DNA of 64,000 nt from Deltaproteobacteria bacterium (GCA_020633895.1 JACKCT010000011.1:3607-67606); one strand, 5' to 3'. Shown: positions 19,245 to 29,777, counted from the first letter of the stretch. The notes: generated by a model not told the origin, from the sequence alone. Numbers and translations are program-made.

Positions 19245-19363
19245 GCCTGAACCCGCGATCGGTGAAGGAAGCCGGATCTTAGACCCGCCCGACGCGATTG
19301 CAAATCGGCCTCAACTTGCTAACATCGCTTGCCCTTTCACCTCCCATCGAAAAAGGCCCATTC

Positions 19364-20410
19364 ATGAGCGCCGCCGTCCAAGAAGCCACGCCCAAGGAGA
19401 TCGCCGCCGCCCTGCACGAGCAGTTCCCGGTCGCCGATCTGCATATCGATACCCTGCTGTCCCACGAGTTGCTGGGCTACGACATGCTGCGTCGCCACCA
19501 GAACAAGGTGCCGTTCGCCCCGCTGCTCTTCCACGCCGACCTGCCCCGCGCGCGGGAGGCCGGCCTGAATATCTGGGGCCTGGGTCTGGTCACGTGGCCC
19601 ATGGGCGATCCGATCCGCCTGTTCAAACACATCGAGCGCGAGCTGCTCTACATGAACCGGGTCTGCGCCCAGTACCCGGAGGAAATTTACGTCATCACGG
19701 ACAAGGCCTCCCTGGCCGACGGTGTCGCGAAAAATCGCGTCGGCTGCTTCGCGGGCATCGAGGGCGCCCACGCCATCTCCGGCAACCTGGACCGGCTGCG
19801 TCGTTCCTATGACCTGGGGATGCGCTATTTCACCATGGCCCATTTCTCCTGCAACGAGGCGTGCGCCTGCGCCAAGGGCTGGGGCGCCAAGACCCGCACC
19901 AACGAAGGGCTCACTCCCTTCGGACGCACCCTCCTGGACACGCTGCACAAGATGAGCATCGTGGTGGACCTGTCCCACATCAACAAAAAGGGCTTCATGG
20001 AGTGCTGCGAGCGCTCCGACCGCCCGGTGATGGTCAGCCACACGGGCCTGTCCGGCGTCTTCCCCTCCTGGCGCAACATCGACGACGAGCAGGTCGAAGC
20101 CGTCGCGAAAAACGGCGGCGTCATCGGCGTGATCTTCGGCCCCCAATTTCTCAACGGCGCTTTGTTCAACTGCACGATCGACGATCTGGTCGACCATATG
20201 CTCCACGTCATCCGCATCGCCGGCGCCGACCACGTGGCCTACGGCTCGGACACGGACGGCTGGCTGGCCACCATGCCCAAGGGCTTTCGCGGCATCGAAG
20301 ACCTGCCCCTGATCACGCAGCGGCTGCTCGAGCGCGGCGTGGCGGTCGACGACGTCAAAAAGATCATGGGCGGCAACGTGGAGCGCCTGCTCAACGAGAT
20401 TCTGGCGTAG
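19364..20410 (+). CDS. Membrane dipeptidase (peptidase family M19)
   Basis: DLHIDTL resembles the M19 (renal dipeptidase family) H-x-D metal-binding block. The later HTGLSG block and overall length also fit. Start set at MSAAVQEATPKE. Confidence 0.65.
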   Translation: MSAAVQEATPKEIAAALHEQFPVADLHIDTLLSHELLGYDMLRRHQNKVPFAPLLFHADLPRAREAGLNIWGLGLVTWPMGDPIRLFKHIERELLYMNRVCAQYPEEIYVITDKASLADGVAKNRVGCFAGIEGAHAISGNLDRLRRSYDLGMRYFTMAHFSCNEACACAKGWGAKTRTNEGLTPFGRTLLDTLHKMSIVVDLSHINKKGFMECCERSDRPVMVSHTGLSGVFPSWRNIDDEQVEAVAKNGGVIGVIFGPQFLNGALFNCTIDDLVDHMLHVIRIAGADHVAYGSDTDGWLATMPKGFRGIEDLPLITQRLLERGVAVDDVKKIMGGNVERLLNEILA

Positions 20411-20422
20411 CAACCCGGCTCT

Positions 20423-21181
20423 CTAAAACGGATCTTCCTCTTCTTTTTCCCGCGAGGGCGGCGGCGGCATCGGTACGTCGCTGCTCATCCCCAGACTTCG
20501 CCCTTCGTGCCGACGCATCGGCAGCGTGACGATGCCTTCGCCCGTCGTTTTGCCGTCCATGGTTCTTTCGCGAGAGGCGGTCTGCCCGCTGACCGATGAT
20601 CGAATTTCGTTAATTTTTTCCCGCGCGTGAGAATTTTCCGACGTGACTGCGTCTTCCGCCTCGCGAAGGGCGAGTAGGAGCAATTCACCATAGCGCTCCA
20701 CCCGAGCGTGACCAAATCCGCGAACTGCATGGAGTTCGCCGACCCGACTCGGACTGCGTTGGATGATCTCGACAAGCTGTCTGTTTGTGGCGACGACATA
20801 GGCCGGTGACGATTCGCGTTTTGCTTGGCGCAATCGCCATGCCGAAAGTCGATCGAAAATATCGCGCTGGCGCGCGTCCAATTCTTCGCGAAGGTCGCGG
20901 GTGCGGGTCGTCGCCGTTGTCGCCTCGGGGATCGTCGGTTTTTCGCCGCCGGTCGATCCATGCGAACCGGATGCGTCCCGCGCGGTCGGCGCCTCGCCCA
21001 GGTACGACGCCACGACCGTCAGATACGGCCGCCCGTGGTGGATGAAGAAATGGTCCGAGAACCGACGCAGGTCGCGGCCCTTCAGAAACGCCTGCAACTC
21101 CCGATCGTCGAAGTTTCGCTTCTCGTCGTCGAACTCGAGCGTGAAAATCTTGAGCCGCACCGGCCCGCCGGTCCCCGACAT
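20423..21181 (-). CDS. Stand-alone HRDC-domain protein
   Basis: IFDRLSAWRLRQAKRESSPAYVVATNRQLVEIIQRSP matches the HRDC consensus (RecQ/RNase D C-terminal domain). No helicase or nuclease domain. Start set at MSGTGGPV. Confidence 0.5.
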   Translation of the reverse strand: MSGTGGPVRLKIFTLEFDDEKRNFDDRELQAFLKGRDLRRFSDHFFIHHGRPYLTVVASYLGEAPTARDASGSHGSTGGEKPTIPEATTATTRTRDLREELDARQRDIFDRLSAWRLRQAKRESSPAYVVATNRQLVEIIQRSPSRVGELHAVRGFGHARVERYGELLLLALREAEDAVTSENSHAREKINEIRSSVSGQTASRERTMDGKTTGEGIVTLPMRRHEGRSLGMSSDVPMPPPPSREKEEEDPF

Positions 21182-21534
21182 CCTAACGCACTCCTCGTCG
21201 ACCCGCGGCCCCATCGCCGCGCCGATCGCCCCAAGGCAAAACCAAAACCCATGCCAAACACGCCACGGCGTCTCAAACCCTGAATTGACGCAGGTTTTCA
21301 CGAACCGGAAAGGGAAATCGCGAAGGAGCCGAAAGGCGGAGTGTTCGATTATCGGTCAGCGACTATTCGAAAATCGGAGACGATACCGATCTTCGAATAG
21401 TGACACCCTTTCGACACGCGCTGTCACGAATTTTTCCTTGTCCCATGCGGCGCGCGATGCCAATAATAGCTGGACTCTCGAAAATCACGGCGGCATTCGG
21501 GGCGCCGCCGGTCGACAGCAAAAGGATGCGAACG

Positions 21535-23862
21535 ATGCACCGCTTCGCCAAGGCCCTTGTGCCCCTAATAGCCCTCATCTTCTGCTTACCCTTGCTTGCG
21601 GCCGATGGCTGCGGGGGCGATGACGACGATTCCTCGGACGATGACGTGACGGACGATGATGCCGTTGATGATGATGCGTCCGACGATGACGCCATGGATG
21701 ACGATGTCGGCGACGACGATTCGTCGGATGACGACGACACAACGGACGACGATACCGGCGACGGCAATCGCTTTGATATCTGCGAAAAGGGGTACAACTC
21801 GGGCGACGGCTTTTGTTACGCGCATCTGGCCGATCCTGTGGCGGGTGAGGAAGGACTCGGAATGGTCGTCGACTCCACGGGGACAGCTCATGTCGTCGCA
21901 ACTCGCGGCCGCGATCTCCTGCACTATAGCCGTGACCTCTCCGCCAAGAACGACGGGTGGACCGAGGAGACAATTCGGCAAAATGCCGGCGGGTGGACAG
22001 TGGGTGTCGATGCCGACGATGCCTTGCATATTGCATTCAATGACGACCTTAGCCATCGACTGATTTATGCAATACGGCCTGCGGGCAACGAATGGCAGTT
22101 CGAGACCGTCGAAGACAACGGCAAAGACAAAGAGTGGATCAAGATCGCTGTGGAACCCGACGGCACGCCACATATCAGTTTCACGGACGAGGACTATCAA
22201 AGTGCCAAGTACGCCACGAACGAGTCCGGTGAATGGGCGGTTCAGGAACTCTTCACGATAGGAAGTAGCGGCATCCAGAACCGCATCGCTGTTACCTCGG
22301 CCGGGGTCGTTCATATCCTTCACCACGGACGTTATCGCGGCTCTAACGGCGACTGGGAAACAGATCGCAAGGTCCTGCATCACACGAACGCGTCCGGCGA
22401 TTGGAAGACTTGGTGGAGTCGTTTTCCGGTTTCTTGGGAGCAATTGGCGGTCGACGAAAACGACACCGTTCATTGGATTTTCGGCGACGGAACGGCATAC
22501 GCGCCCTGGCAACACGGCGTCTACCAAAGTAACGGCGAGTGGGACATCGTCGAAAAATCTCCGGAGAGCCCCAACGCGCTGTGGCCCAGCGACGTCATTG
22601 TTCGCGAAGGGCGTGTCTTAATCGCCGCGGAGAACGGATACTACGGCGACCATTTCATTTCCCTGTCGTCATTCGAATTCGGCGAGGATCCGGTTCGCGA
22701 ACATCTGTTTTACTTAGGCGATAGCCGCCACGAGGCGGAGGCAATTGCCGCGGCATGGAGCGATGGAATGCGCATCGCGTATTTCGACAAAGCCGACGAC
22801 CATATCGGCTTCGTACAGCCGGACGGCGCCGGTGGATGGTCCCGGGAATACGTGGCGCCGCCGATCGAACGTCCGCGACATGTGCAGATCGTGCGCGACA
22901 ATATTGCGAACCGGACTGATCTGCTCGTCACCTACAACAACAGCGACGACGACCAGACGGGAAACGACCGACTTCTCCTCGGCCGATATTCAGACGGAAC
23001 AATCGACTTCGAGGAACTGCCGCTTGGCCGGGAGATTTACGCGTACAGTACTCCGCGCTTGCACGTTCGAGACGGCGTCGTCTTTATCTATGCCGCCGAC
23101 AACCGTGAGCGCTCGTTTTTTATCACTAACCGAGACGGCTCCTGGGTGGAACAACGGCTTCGTTTTGAAGGGATCGAAAATATTCGTCTCAGCGCGATCG
23201 CCCTTGGACGGGATAAGGCCGTTCATTTTTTGGTGGGAGACGGCCTCTCGCCGAATGGAAAGAATGACCCTCTCTATTACCTACGTTGGGACGCGGACGG
23301 GCAATGGCACAAAGAGTTGATCTACCAAGATCCCGACAGCAAACCGCCTTCCGTCTATGCCTTTGCCTTGGATCACAGCGACAAGTTTCACCTTCTAACA
23401 AGCGGACATGACGGCAAGTTGGCTTATTGGACAAATCGTTCAGGAAATTGGATGAGCGAAGCCATTGATCTAAGCTGGTATGTCGATGAAGCCCACATGG
23501 TCATTGACGCTGACGGCAGGGTTCATGCCGTCGTGAAAATCAATGAACCGAATCCGGATAACGACGGCCTGTTTTACCTGACGTTGAAGGGCGCCGCTGT
23601 CGAAGAGGCAAAGAAATTTTCGTTTAACGCTCGCGACGCACACCTCTCCGTAACCGACGCAGACGACGTCGTGATGACGATGGAGCTATTTGACGCCATC
23701 GTCCTTGCCGAAGATCTTTCAGGGAAGACTAAGCTGACGACGATTGACGATCTGGGAGAGGTCGGAAACCCGACCGGCTACTGTTCCACCTCGCGGGATT
23801 GCGTGTTGGCCTATTACGCCGGCGGCGACTGGGCGATGGCGACCTGGAATCCAGCGCATTAA
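21535..23862 (+). CDS. Lipoprotein with poly-Asp tether and beta-propeller-like TNxSGxW repeats (paralogous in architecture to 995-3382)
   Basis: AAAGGA, 8 nt, then ATG. MHRFAKALVPLIALIFCLPLLAADGCGG, then DDDDSSDDDVTDDDAVDDDASDDDAMDDDVGDDDSSDDDDTTDDDTGDG. Repeats HIAF..L.YA.., ATNESGEW, HTNASGDW, WTNRSGNW, ITNRDGSW. Confidence 0.6.
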   Translation: MHRFAKALVPLIALIFCLPLLAADGCGGDDDDSSDDDVTDDDAVDDDASDDDAMDDDVGDDDSSDDDDTTDDDTGDGNRFDICEKGYNSGDGFCYAHLADPVAGEEGLGMVVDSTGTAHVVATRGRDLLHYSRDLSAKNDGWTEETIRQNAGGWTVGVDADDALHIAFNDDLSHRLIYAIRPAGNEWQFETVEDNGKDKEWIKIAVEPDGTPHISFTDEDYQSAKYATNESGEWAVQELFTIGSSGIQNRIAVTSAGVVHILHHGRYRGSNGDWETDRKVLHHTNASGDWKTWWSRFPVSWEQLAVDENDTVHWIFGDGTAYAPWQHGVYQSNGEWDIVEKSPESPNALWPSDVIVREGRVLIAAENGYYGDHFISLSSFEFGEDPVREHLFYLGDSRHEAEAIAAAWSDGMRIAYFDKADDHIGFVQPDGAGGWSREYVAPPIERPRHVQIVRDNIANRTDLLVTYNNSDDDQTGNDRLLLGRYSDGTIDFEELPLGREIYAYSTPRLHVRDGVVFIYAADNRERSFFITNRDGSWVEQRLRFEGIENIRLSAIALGRDKAVHFLVGDGLSPNGKNDPLYYLRWDADGQWHKELIYQDPDSKPPSVYAFALDHSDKFHLLTSGHDGKLAYWTNRSGNWMSEAIDLSWYVDEAHMVIDADGRVHAVVKINEPNPDNDGLFYLTLKGAAVEEAKKFSFNARDAHLSVTDADDVVMTMELFDAIVLAEDLSGKTKLTTIDDLGEVGNPTGYCSTSRDCVLAYYAGGDWAMATWNPAH

Positions 23863-23879
23863 CGACACCGCCTCACAAT

Positions 23880-23916
23880 CAAAACCGCGCCCCGAATCGG
23901 GGCGCGGTTCGCATTT
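23880..23916. terminator. Bidirectional rho-independent terminator
   Basis: AAAA, then ACCGCGCCCCG-AAT-CGGGGCGCGGT, then TCGCATTT. Lies between convergent genes. Confidence 0.6.
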
Positions 23917-23937
23917 GAGGAGAGTGGTCGGAGTCGA

Positions 23938-26112
23938 TCAATCCGGGTCGCAGGGCCCGTCGCAGAACTGGTCGACTTCGCCGTCTTCGATGAGCGTGAT
24001 GATCTGGTCGGCGACGTTGTCCAGCAGATTCATATTGTAATGCACCCCGTTCTCCGAAGACGGCGGCACATTCTCCTCGGGCGGATATTTGCCGTCGGCG
24101 ATGGGCAGCGCGTACTGCGTGTAGACCGTTTCGGTCGTCGGGGCGAACGTCGCGTCCAGGCCCCAGACCCGCTCCACCGCCGGGACAAGCTGCTTGGCCC
24201 CCACCGAACGCGCCAGCATGCGCGTGACCATATTCGGCACTTGGGAATCTCCGATCGCCTCCTGGAAGATGAAGATCCGGTCCGTCGGCGAATCGTCATA
24301 GGGATACTCGAGGATGAGCTGCCCCAGGTTGATCGGGTCGGAGAAATCGAACAGCGACTGGGCGCCGGAGATGAAGATCTGCTGGGCGAGGGGATCGCGA
24401 TATTTCACGTCCAGCACCAGCTTGATCGGCGTATACACAATGGAACGCACCAGCATATTCGACCAGGACGCCCCCGGCACCGCCAGCACGCCGCGCGTGA
24501 TGTCCCGCGAAATGGACACCAGGGAACTGCCCTGAATGCCGCCCAGGCTCACGCCGTAATAGTAGACGTCCTCGCCGTTGAACATCGGCGCGCCGTCATG
24601 CACGCGAATCTGATCGTCCTGCAAAATGCCCTGCTTGCCCAATTCGATGAGCGTCAGGTTGTTGACCAGGGATTGGGCCAGGCGGTCGGTGACGATATGG
24701 ATGTTGTTCAGGTCCGGGACGATCCCGTCGATGATCGCATCCAGGTCGCCGCCGGACAGGCCGATCCAGTCGGTCGCGAAAAGAATCACGCCCGCTTCCT
24801 GGGCAAACTCGTGAATGACTCGCGTCGTGGAACCGCCGTGATGAAGGTAGCCGCTGCCGGTGCCGAAGATGCCGTGGCCGAAGATGGCCATGGGCAACGA
24901 ATCGCCCTGCTCGGCGACCTTGGGGATCACGATTGTGAAGGGATACTCGCCGTCTTCGCTCCGGCGAAGGGGGTTGTGGTCCGCGTCCCAGACCAGCTCG
25001 TTGTCCGAGTTCAGGAAATGGGGCACGTAAAAGCGGCCCTCGACGATGCGCGCCACATTTTCGTTCGGGTTGTCCTCGACCTCGTCGATGACGTACGTGA
25101 ACCCGCCGCCGGTGTCGGCCTGATCGAAGACCTCCTGGCGCATCTGAGAGATGGGGCCGAGCACGTATTGGACGCTGGCGACCTGAATATCGAAGGCCAG
25201 CAGCAGGTCATCGCGCGCGAAACCGGCCTTTTCCTCCAAGGTATCGAACATCTCTTCATAACGATCGCGCAGGCCTTCCAACTCGGGCGAGGTGGTGACG
25301 ATGCCGTCGCGCAGATAGTCGAAGCCCTGGGAGCGCGGCAGGGGATCGCGCTTGTCGTCCTTGACCTCGTTGGTCAGCACCACCGCGTAGCGTCCCCCCA
25401 TTTTCAGCGGCACCATCGGGCGGATGATGAGGGCATAGCGACCGAATTTGAGGGATTTTCGGTTGGCGTCCATCTCGATCATGATCGGATGCCGCTCGCC
25501 GGTCATCAGGTCGATGACGGCGATGGGGAAGTCACTCTCCAGGGATTTTTCGAACTCGTCCTGGCCCAGCAGCCAGCGGCGCTGAATGTCCTTGCCGAAG
25601 TGAATCAGGATCGGCGAGGACGGCGGCGTGCCGTCGGCGTAATTCAGCGGCGTCATGTCGAAGGCCGGGTTGTTGCCCGTATCGACAAACGAACTCTCCA
25701 GATGCAGCCGCAAACCGGTGGGCGTGGTCTCGTCCTCGACCATGTAATAAGTGTTGGGGTAGGGAAGCTGGCAGTCCTCGGAGGTCGCCAGGGGATTGCA
25801 TCCCTCGGGAACTTCGAAGGCGACCGGCGGGATCGTCGTTGTGGTGGTCGTGGTCGTGGTGGTGACGACGGTCGTGGTCGTGGTTGACGTATCGTCGTCG
25901 TCATCGTCGTCCATGGTGTCGTCGTCGGCCGTGTCATCGTCGACGGTGTCGTCATCCGACGTGTCGTCGTCCGCGGCGACGTCATCGTCCGAGGAATCGT
26001 CGTCGTCATCGTCCCCGCCGCAGGCCACGGCCGCGGACAGGATCAGCGCCAAGGCGAGCGCCAAAAGCACAAATCGCAGTCCAAATGGAAGGTGTCGGGT
26101 GGAAGAGTGCAT
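23938..26112 (-). CDS. Secreted alpha/beta-hydrolase-fold lipoprotein with poly-Asp and poly-Thr linkers
   Basis: Signal and lipobox SAAVACGG, D-rich about 50 aa, then TSTTTTTVVTTTTTTTTTTIPP. Nucleophile elbow YYYGVSLGGIQG (GxSxG). Paralog of 39008-41113 with shared blocks CNPLATSEDCQLPYP, ILIHFGKD, GRYAVVLTNEV and a C-terminal CDGPCDPD. Confidence 0.6.
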   Translation of the reverse strand: MHSSTRHLPFGLRFVLLALALALILSAAVACGGDDDDDDSSDDDVAADDDTSDDDTVDDDTADDDTMDDDDDDDTSTTTTTVVTTTTTTTTTTIPPVAFEVPEGCNPLATSEDCQLPYPNTYYMVEDETTPTGLRLHLESSFVDTGNNPAFDMTPLNYADGTPPSSPILIHFGKDIQRRWLLGQDEFEKSLESDFPIAVIDLMTGERHPIMIEMDANRKSLKFGRYALIIRPMVPLKMGGRYAVVLTNEVKDDKRDPLPRSQGFDYLRDGIVTTSPELEGLRDRYEEMFDTLEEKAGFARDDLLLAFDIQVASVQYVLGPISQMRQEVFDQADTGGGFTYVIDEVEDNPNENVARIVEGRFYVPHFLNSDNELVWDADHNPLRRSEDGEYPFTIVIPKVAEQGDSLPMAIFGHGIFGTGSGYLHHGGSTTRVIHEFAQEAGVILFATDWIGLSGGDLDAIIDGIVPDLNNIHIVTDRLAQSLVNNLTLIELGKQGILQDDQIRVHDGAPMFNGEDVYYYGVSLGGIQGSSLVSISRDITRGVLAVPGASWSNMLVRSIVYTPIKLVLDVKYRDPLAQQIFISGAQSLFDFSDPINLGQLILEYPYDDSPTDRIFIFQEAIGDSQVPNMVTRMLARSVGAKQLVPAVERVWGLDATFAPTTETVYTQYALPIADGKYPPEENVPPSSENGVHYNMNLLDNVADQIITLIEDGEVDQFCDGPCDPD

Positions 26113-26352
26113 GGGTCAGGGCATCCTTTCGTTCGATGCGAGGTGGAAAAATGCAAAAATCCCTTGGAAATCCAGGAATCAAAGTCACAACAAAGTGTGT
26201 CGCCGAACCTCGCACAGGCCGACGCGCACATATGCCCACTTCATCAATATCGAAAGGCCGACGAAACCGCTCGTCGGCGGACGCGACGCATTTAAGCGTG
26301 CTGATCGGAAGTTTTTAGCACAAACGATTAATCAAGAAAAAGGGAAATGTGA

Positions 26353-26943
26353 TTAACGAATGAATTCCACGTAGACTTTGCCTTCGACGCGCACTTCCAC
26401 CTTCAGGTCGGCGGCGACCTCGGCCAGGTCGCCGTCGGCGACTTCCGGCACCAGGGCGCAGAAGGCGAAGGTCGTGTCCGGCTCCTCGATGAACGACTCC
26501 AGCCGTTCCAACATTCCGGGCGAAAGATGAAGCTGCGTCCATGTCGTCACCGTCTCGCCGGGCTCGAGCGTATCGATCCAGCCCACCAGGTCGGCGTCCT
26601 TCACATCCTCGACAATCAGATCGTCGGACAGGTACAGCTCCAGGCTGATCGGCTGCGTCGAGTGGTTTTCGGTGATGCGATAGCTGATGCCGCTGAGTTT
26701 CACGTCCGTGATGTAATCCTCGGCCTCTTCCCACCAATCCACGCCGTCCATGATCTGGCTAAAGCTCGTCGTCGAAGCGGTGCACTGCCCCAGACCCTGC
26801 ACGGACAGTCCCTCCACTTCCTGATCGAAGGGCTGTTCGCTGGTGTTGGCTTCTTCAAAAGCTTTTTCGTATTCGCTGCATCCGGAGAGGACGAGCAGAA
26901 ATCCGGCGACCATCGCGCATAACATCAGACGCATGGAAAACAT
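26353..26943 (-). CDS. Hypothetical lipoprotein
   Basis: MFSMRLMLCAMVAGFLLVLSGC lipobox. Acidic mature protein with no motif. Confidence 0.45.
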   Translation of the reverse strand: MFSMRLMLCAMVAGFLLVLSGCSEYEKAFEEANTSEQPFDQEVEGLSVQGLGQCTASTTSFSQIMDGVDWWEEAEDYITDVKLSGISYRITENHSTQPISLELYLSDDLIVEDVKDADLVGWIDTLEPGETVTTWTQLHLSPGMLERLESFIEEPDTTFAFCALVPEVADGDLAEVAADLKVEVRVEGKVYVEFIR

Positions 26944-27026
26944 CCCCCGCCCCAGGGAAAGACCTCAATCAGGCCCGGCAAAGCAAGATCTATAAACACG
27001 ACCACCGGTCGGCAACGTCAGCGTTC

Positions 27027-28880
27027 CTACGAGTCGGACGCTTCGTCGGTCGGTTCGGTGGATTCCGTTTGGACCGGCTCGGCCATGCGGCTCACCATCT
27101 TCTCGGCGTAGTCCAGCATGCCGTCGATGGACTTGTCCGGGCTTTGCGCCAGGTGCCGGGCGAAGACCAGCAGCCAGTCGCCCTTTTCCGGGTAGTCCTC
27201 GTCGTCCACGGTCTCGCCGGTTTTCAAATAATGCTGACGCAGTTTTTCCGCCTCGACGGCGAACCGGGACTGCTGCTCGACGACCGCTTCGCTGGTCAGG
27301 TGCCCCTGCAGCGCCGATTCGGAATACAGGGCCAGGATCTTCTCGTCGTCTTCGGGTAGGCGGATGCGCAGGTCGGGCACAATGCCCTCGGCCTGAATGG
27401 ACCGGCCTGAAGGCGTGTAATACAACGCCGTCGTCAGACGCAGGGCCGAGCCGCCGGACAGGCGGAAGATGGACTGCACGCTGCCCTTGCCGAAACTGCG
27501 CGTGCCCACGATCAGCGCCCGCTTGTGGTCCTGCAACGCGCCGGCGACGATTTCCGAGCCGCTGGCCGATCCGCTGTTGATCAGCACAATCAAGGGGACG
27601 TCCGCGCGGGTGCCTCGGGCGCTGGCGAACTTCTCCTGCTCCTGTAGTCGGCCGCGACCGATGGTGTTGACGATCATGCCGCTGGTCAGGAAATAGTCGG
27701 CCACGTTCACGGCCTGGTCGAGCAACCCGCCCGGGTTGTTGCGCAAATCCAGAATGATGACCTTGGGCGTCTTTCCCGCCACCTCGTAGTTTTCGATCGC
27801 CTCGCGCAGGTCCTTGGCCGTGTTGACGTTGAACGAATAGACGCGGATCCACGCCACGCCGCCTTCGGACAGCTCGGTCTTGATGGTGTGCACCGGGATC
27901 GTGTCGCGCACGAGGGTGACGTCGAAATCGTCCGTTCCCGCCCGGCGGATCGTCAGCACCACGCTGGTGCCGATCTCGCCGCGGATCAACTCCACCGCGT
28001 CAAGCAAGCGCATGCCGATCGTCGATGTGTGGTCCACCGCCACGATGCGATCCAACGGATGCAGTTTCGCCCCGGCGGCGGGCGTGCCTTCGATGGGCGC
28101 GATGATCGTCAGCAGGTCGCCGCGCATGCCCACTTCGATGCCCACGCCGCCGAATTTGCCCGACGTCTCCGCCTTCAAATTGCCGTAATGCTCGGGAGGC
28201 AGGAAGTTGGAGTGGGGATCCAGGTTGTAGGCCATGTACGACAGGCTGTCGTAGAGCATGCGCTTTTCCGGATCGCCGCCGGACTGGGATTTGACGAACT
28301 CGTAGCCCTTGAGCAGGGACAAGGCGGCGGTCTGGCGCTCCTTGGGAACGGCGACGACGGTATTCTGGCCGTTGATCGTCAGCCGCACCATGTCGTTGTC
28401 CAACGCCTCGACGGTCAACGGGCTCTTGAGGTTCTCCATGCCGTCATACGGCGAAATCTGCACCGGTTCGTCGGATTCGAGCAGGTCGTGGAGGCTCGCC
28501 TCGTCATCCTTGTCAGTGTCGCTTTCGTCCGGGGCCGGAGTCCCGGCGGCCGGTTTATCGTCTTTGCCGTCTTTGTCGTCTTTATCGTCGGATTTCGCGG
28601 CGGCATCGGCCTCGGGGGCTGCTTCGGTGTCGTCCCCGGCTTCGGCGACGGTCTTCTGGTGTTCCTGATAGGCCAGGGACTGGGCCATGCCTTTGAAGGC
28701 GTCGACGACCAGCACATGGTTGTCGGGCTGCGTCAGGTAGTATTCGTCCACCAGACCGAACACATCCAACACCAGCTCCCGGTCCGGATCGGACGAGCAC
28801 GCCGTGGGCAACAACGTCCAAATAACGGCCGCCGTGAAGGCGATCAGGAGCGCGCGGATTTTTGCATGGCGATATGTCAT
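27027..28880 (-). CDS. ctpA: Carboxyl-terminal processing protease (S41, Ctp), lipoprotein
   Basis: Start moved to MTYRHAKIRALLIAFTAAVIWTLLPTAC, since the upstream part of the track ORF is Arg/Asp-rich junk. PDZ GIEVGM, LRNNPGG, catalytic SGSASGSE and SFGKGSVQ. D/K-rich insertion KSDDKDDKDGKDDK. Confidence 0.75.
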   Translation of the reverse strand: MTYRHAKIRALLIAFTAAVIWTLLPTACSSDPDRELVLDVFGLVDEYYLTQPDNHVLVVDAFKGMAQSLAYQEHQKTVAEAGDDTEAAPEADAAAKSDDKDDKDGKDDKPAAGTPAPDESDTDKDDEASLHDLLESDEPVQISPYDGMENLKSPLTVEALDNDMVRLTINGQNTVVAVPKERQTAALSLLKGYEFVKSQSGGDPEKRMLYDSLSYMAYNLDPHSNFLPPEHYGNLKAETSGKFGGVGIEVGMRGDLLTIIAPIEGTPAAGAKLHPLDRIVAVDHTSTIGMRLLDAVELIRGEIGTSVVLTIRRAGTDDFDVTLVRDTIPVHTIKTELSEGGVAWIRVYSFNVNTAKDLREAIENYEVAGKTPKVIILDLRNNPGGLLDQAVNVADYFLTSGMIVNTIGRGRLQEQEKFASARGTRADVPLIVLINSGSASGSEIVAGALQDHKRALIVGTRSFGKGSVQSIFRLSGGSALRLTTALYYTPSGRSIQAEGIVPDLRIRLPEDDEKILALYSESALQGHLTSEAVVEQQSRFAVEAEKLRQHYLKTGETVDDEDYPEKGDWLLVFARHLAQSPDKSIDGMLDYAEKMVSRMAEPVQTESTEPTDEASDS

Positions 28881-29126
28881 GGGCCTCGTCTCGGTGGGCG
28901 GCTTCCCCGATGCCGCCGAACCGAACGCACACCTTAAAGCAACGCCGGAAAATTTGAAGGGGGACACCTTTGAGGAACGCTGTAAGCGCTCCGATCTCCC
29001 TGAACGGCGGTCGGCGACGGCCCGACCCTCGGCGCGTCCCGGTGAAAAACGCGCGCTCCCCGATTCCCCGTTTCCCCGCCCGGCGACCTGGACTAAAATC
29101 GCCTTCTTTGCCCATGCCTTAGCCCG

Positions 29127-29777
29127 ATGGATGCGATGGAATACGCTCTGTTTTTGCTCAAATGCGCGACGGGGATCTTCGTGATCATCAATCCCTTCGG
29201 GATTCTGGGGATCGTCCTGTCGCTGATCGCCCATGTGGAACCCGACGATCGGGCTCGCACGCTGAGCACCGCGTCGACGGCGTCGTTTTTGCTGTTGGTC
29301 GTCTTCGCCCTGGGCGGGCAGGTCATCATGCAGATCTTTCAGATCTCGCTGGGGGCGTTGCGCATCGCGGCGGGGCTTTTTCTGTTTTCGATGTCCATCT
29401 CCATGCTCTACGGAACGCAGCCCCGGGCCGAACTCAACGACGCCGACCGCCGGGAGGCCGACGAGAAGGACGACATCGCCATCACGCCCCTGGGCATCCC
29501 GATTATCACCGGACCGGGGTGCATCGCGACGGTGATGAGCCTGAACGCCTCGGCTCCGGACATCGCCTCGCGGGTGCTGGTCTTCGTCGCGATTCTCATC
29601 GCCGTCACGGCCAGTCACCTGGTGCTGCGTTCGGGGCAGAATATCCTGAAGTTCATGGGTCGCAACGGCCTGCGGGTCATGACGCGCCTGATGGGCCTGC
29701 TGGTCGCCGTGATGGCGTCGCAGATGGTCATTAATGGGCTGTATGACGCGTTTCCGGGGCTGGCGGGGACGGGGTGA
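29127..29777 (+). CDS. MarC family integral membrane protein (UPF0056)
   Basis: Six TM helices, GIPIITGPG motif, about 216 aa. Confidence 0.65.
   Translation: MDAMEYALFLLKCATGIFVIINPFGILGIVLSLIAHVEPDDRARTLSTASTASFLLLVVFALGGQVIMQIFQISLGALRIAAGLFLFSMSISMLYGTQPRAELNDADRREADEKDDIAITPLGIPIITGPGCIATVMSLNASAPDIASRVLVFVAILIAVTASHLVLRSGQNILKFMGRNGLRVMTRLMGLLVAVMASQMVINGLYDAFPGLAGTG

Noticed and set aside
27027-29618. N-terminal 246 aa of the track ORF 27027-29618 as part of Ctp
   Set aside because: The upstream extension is Arg/Asp/Gln-rich with no signal peptide. A lipoprotein signal (MTYRHAKIRALLIAFTAAVIWTLLPTAC) begins at 28880, which gives a normal Ctp length.
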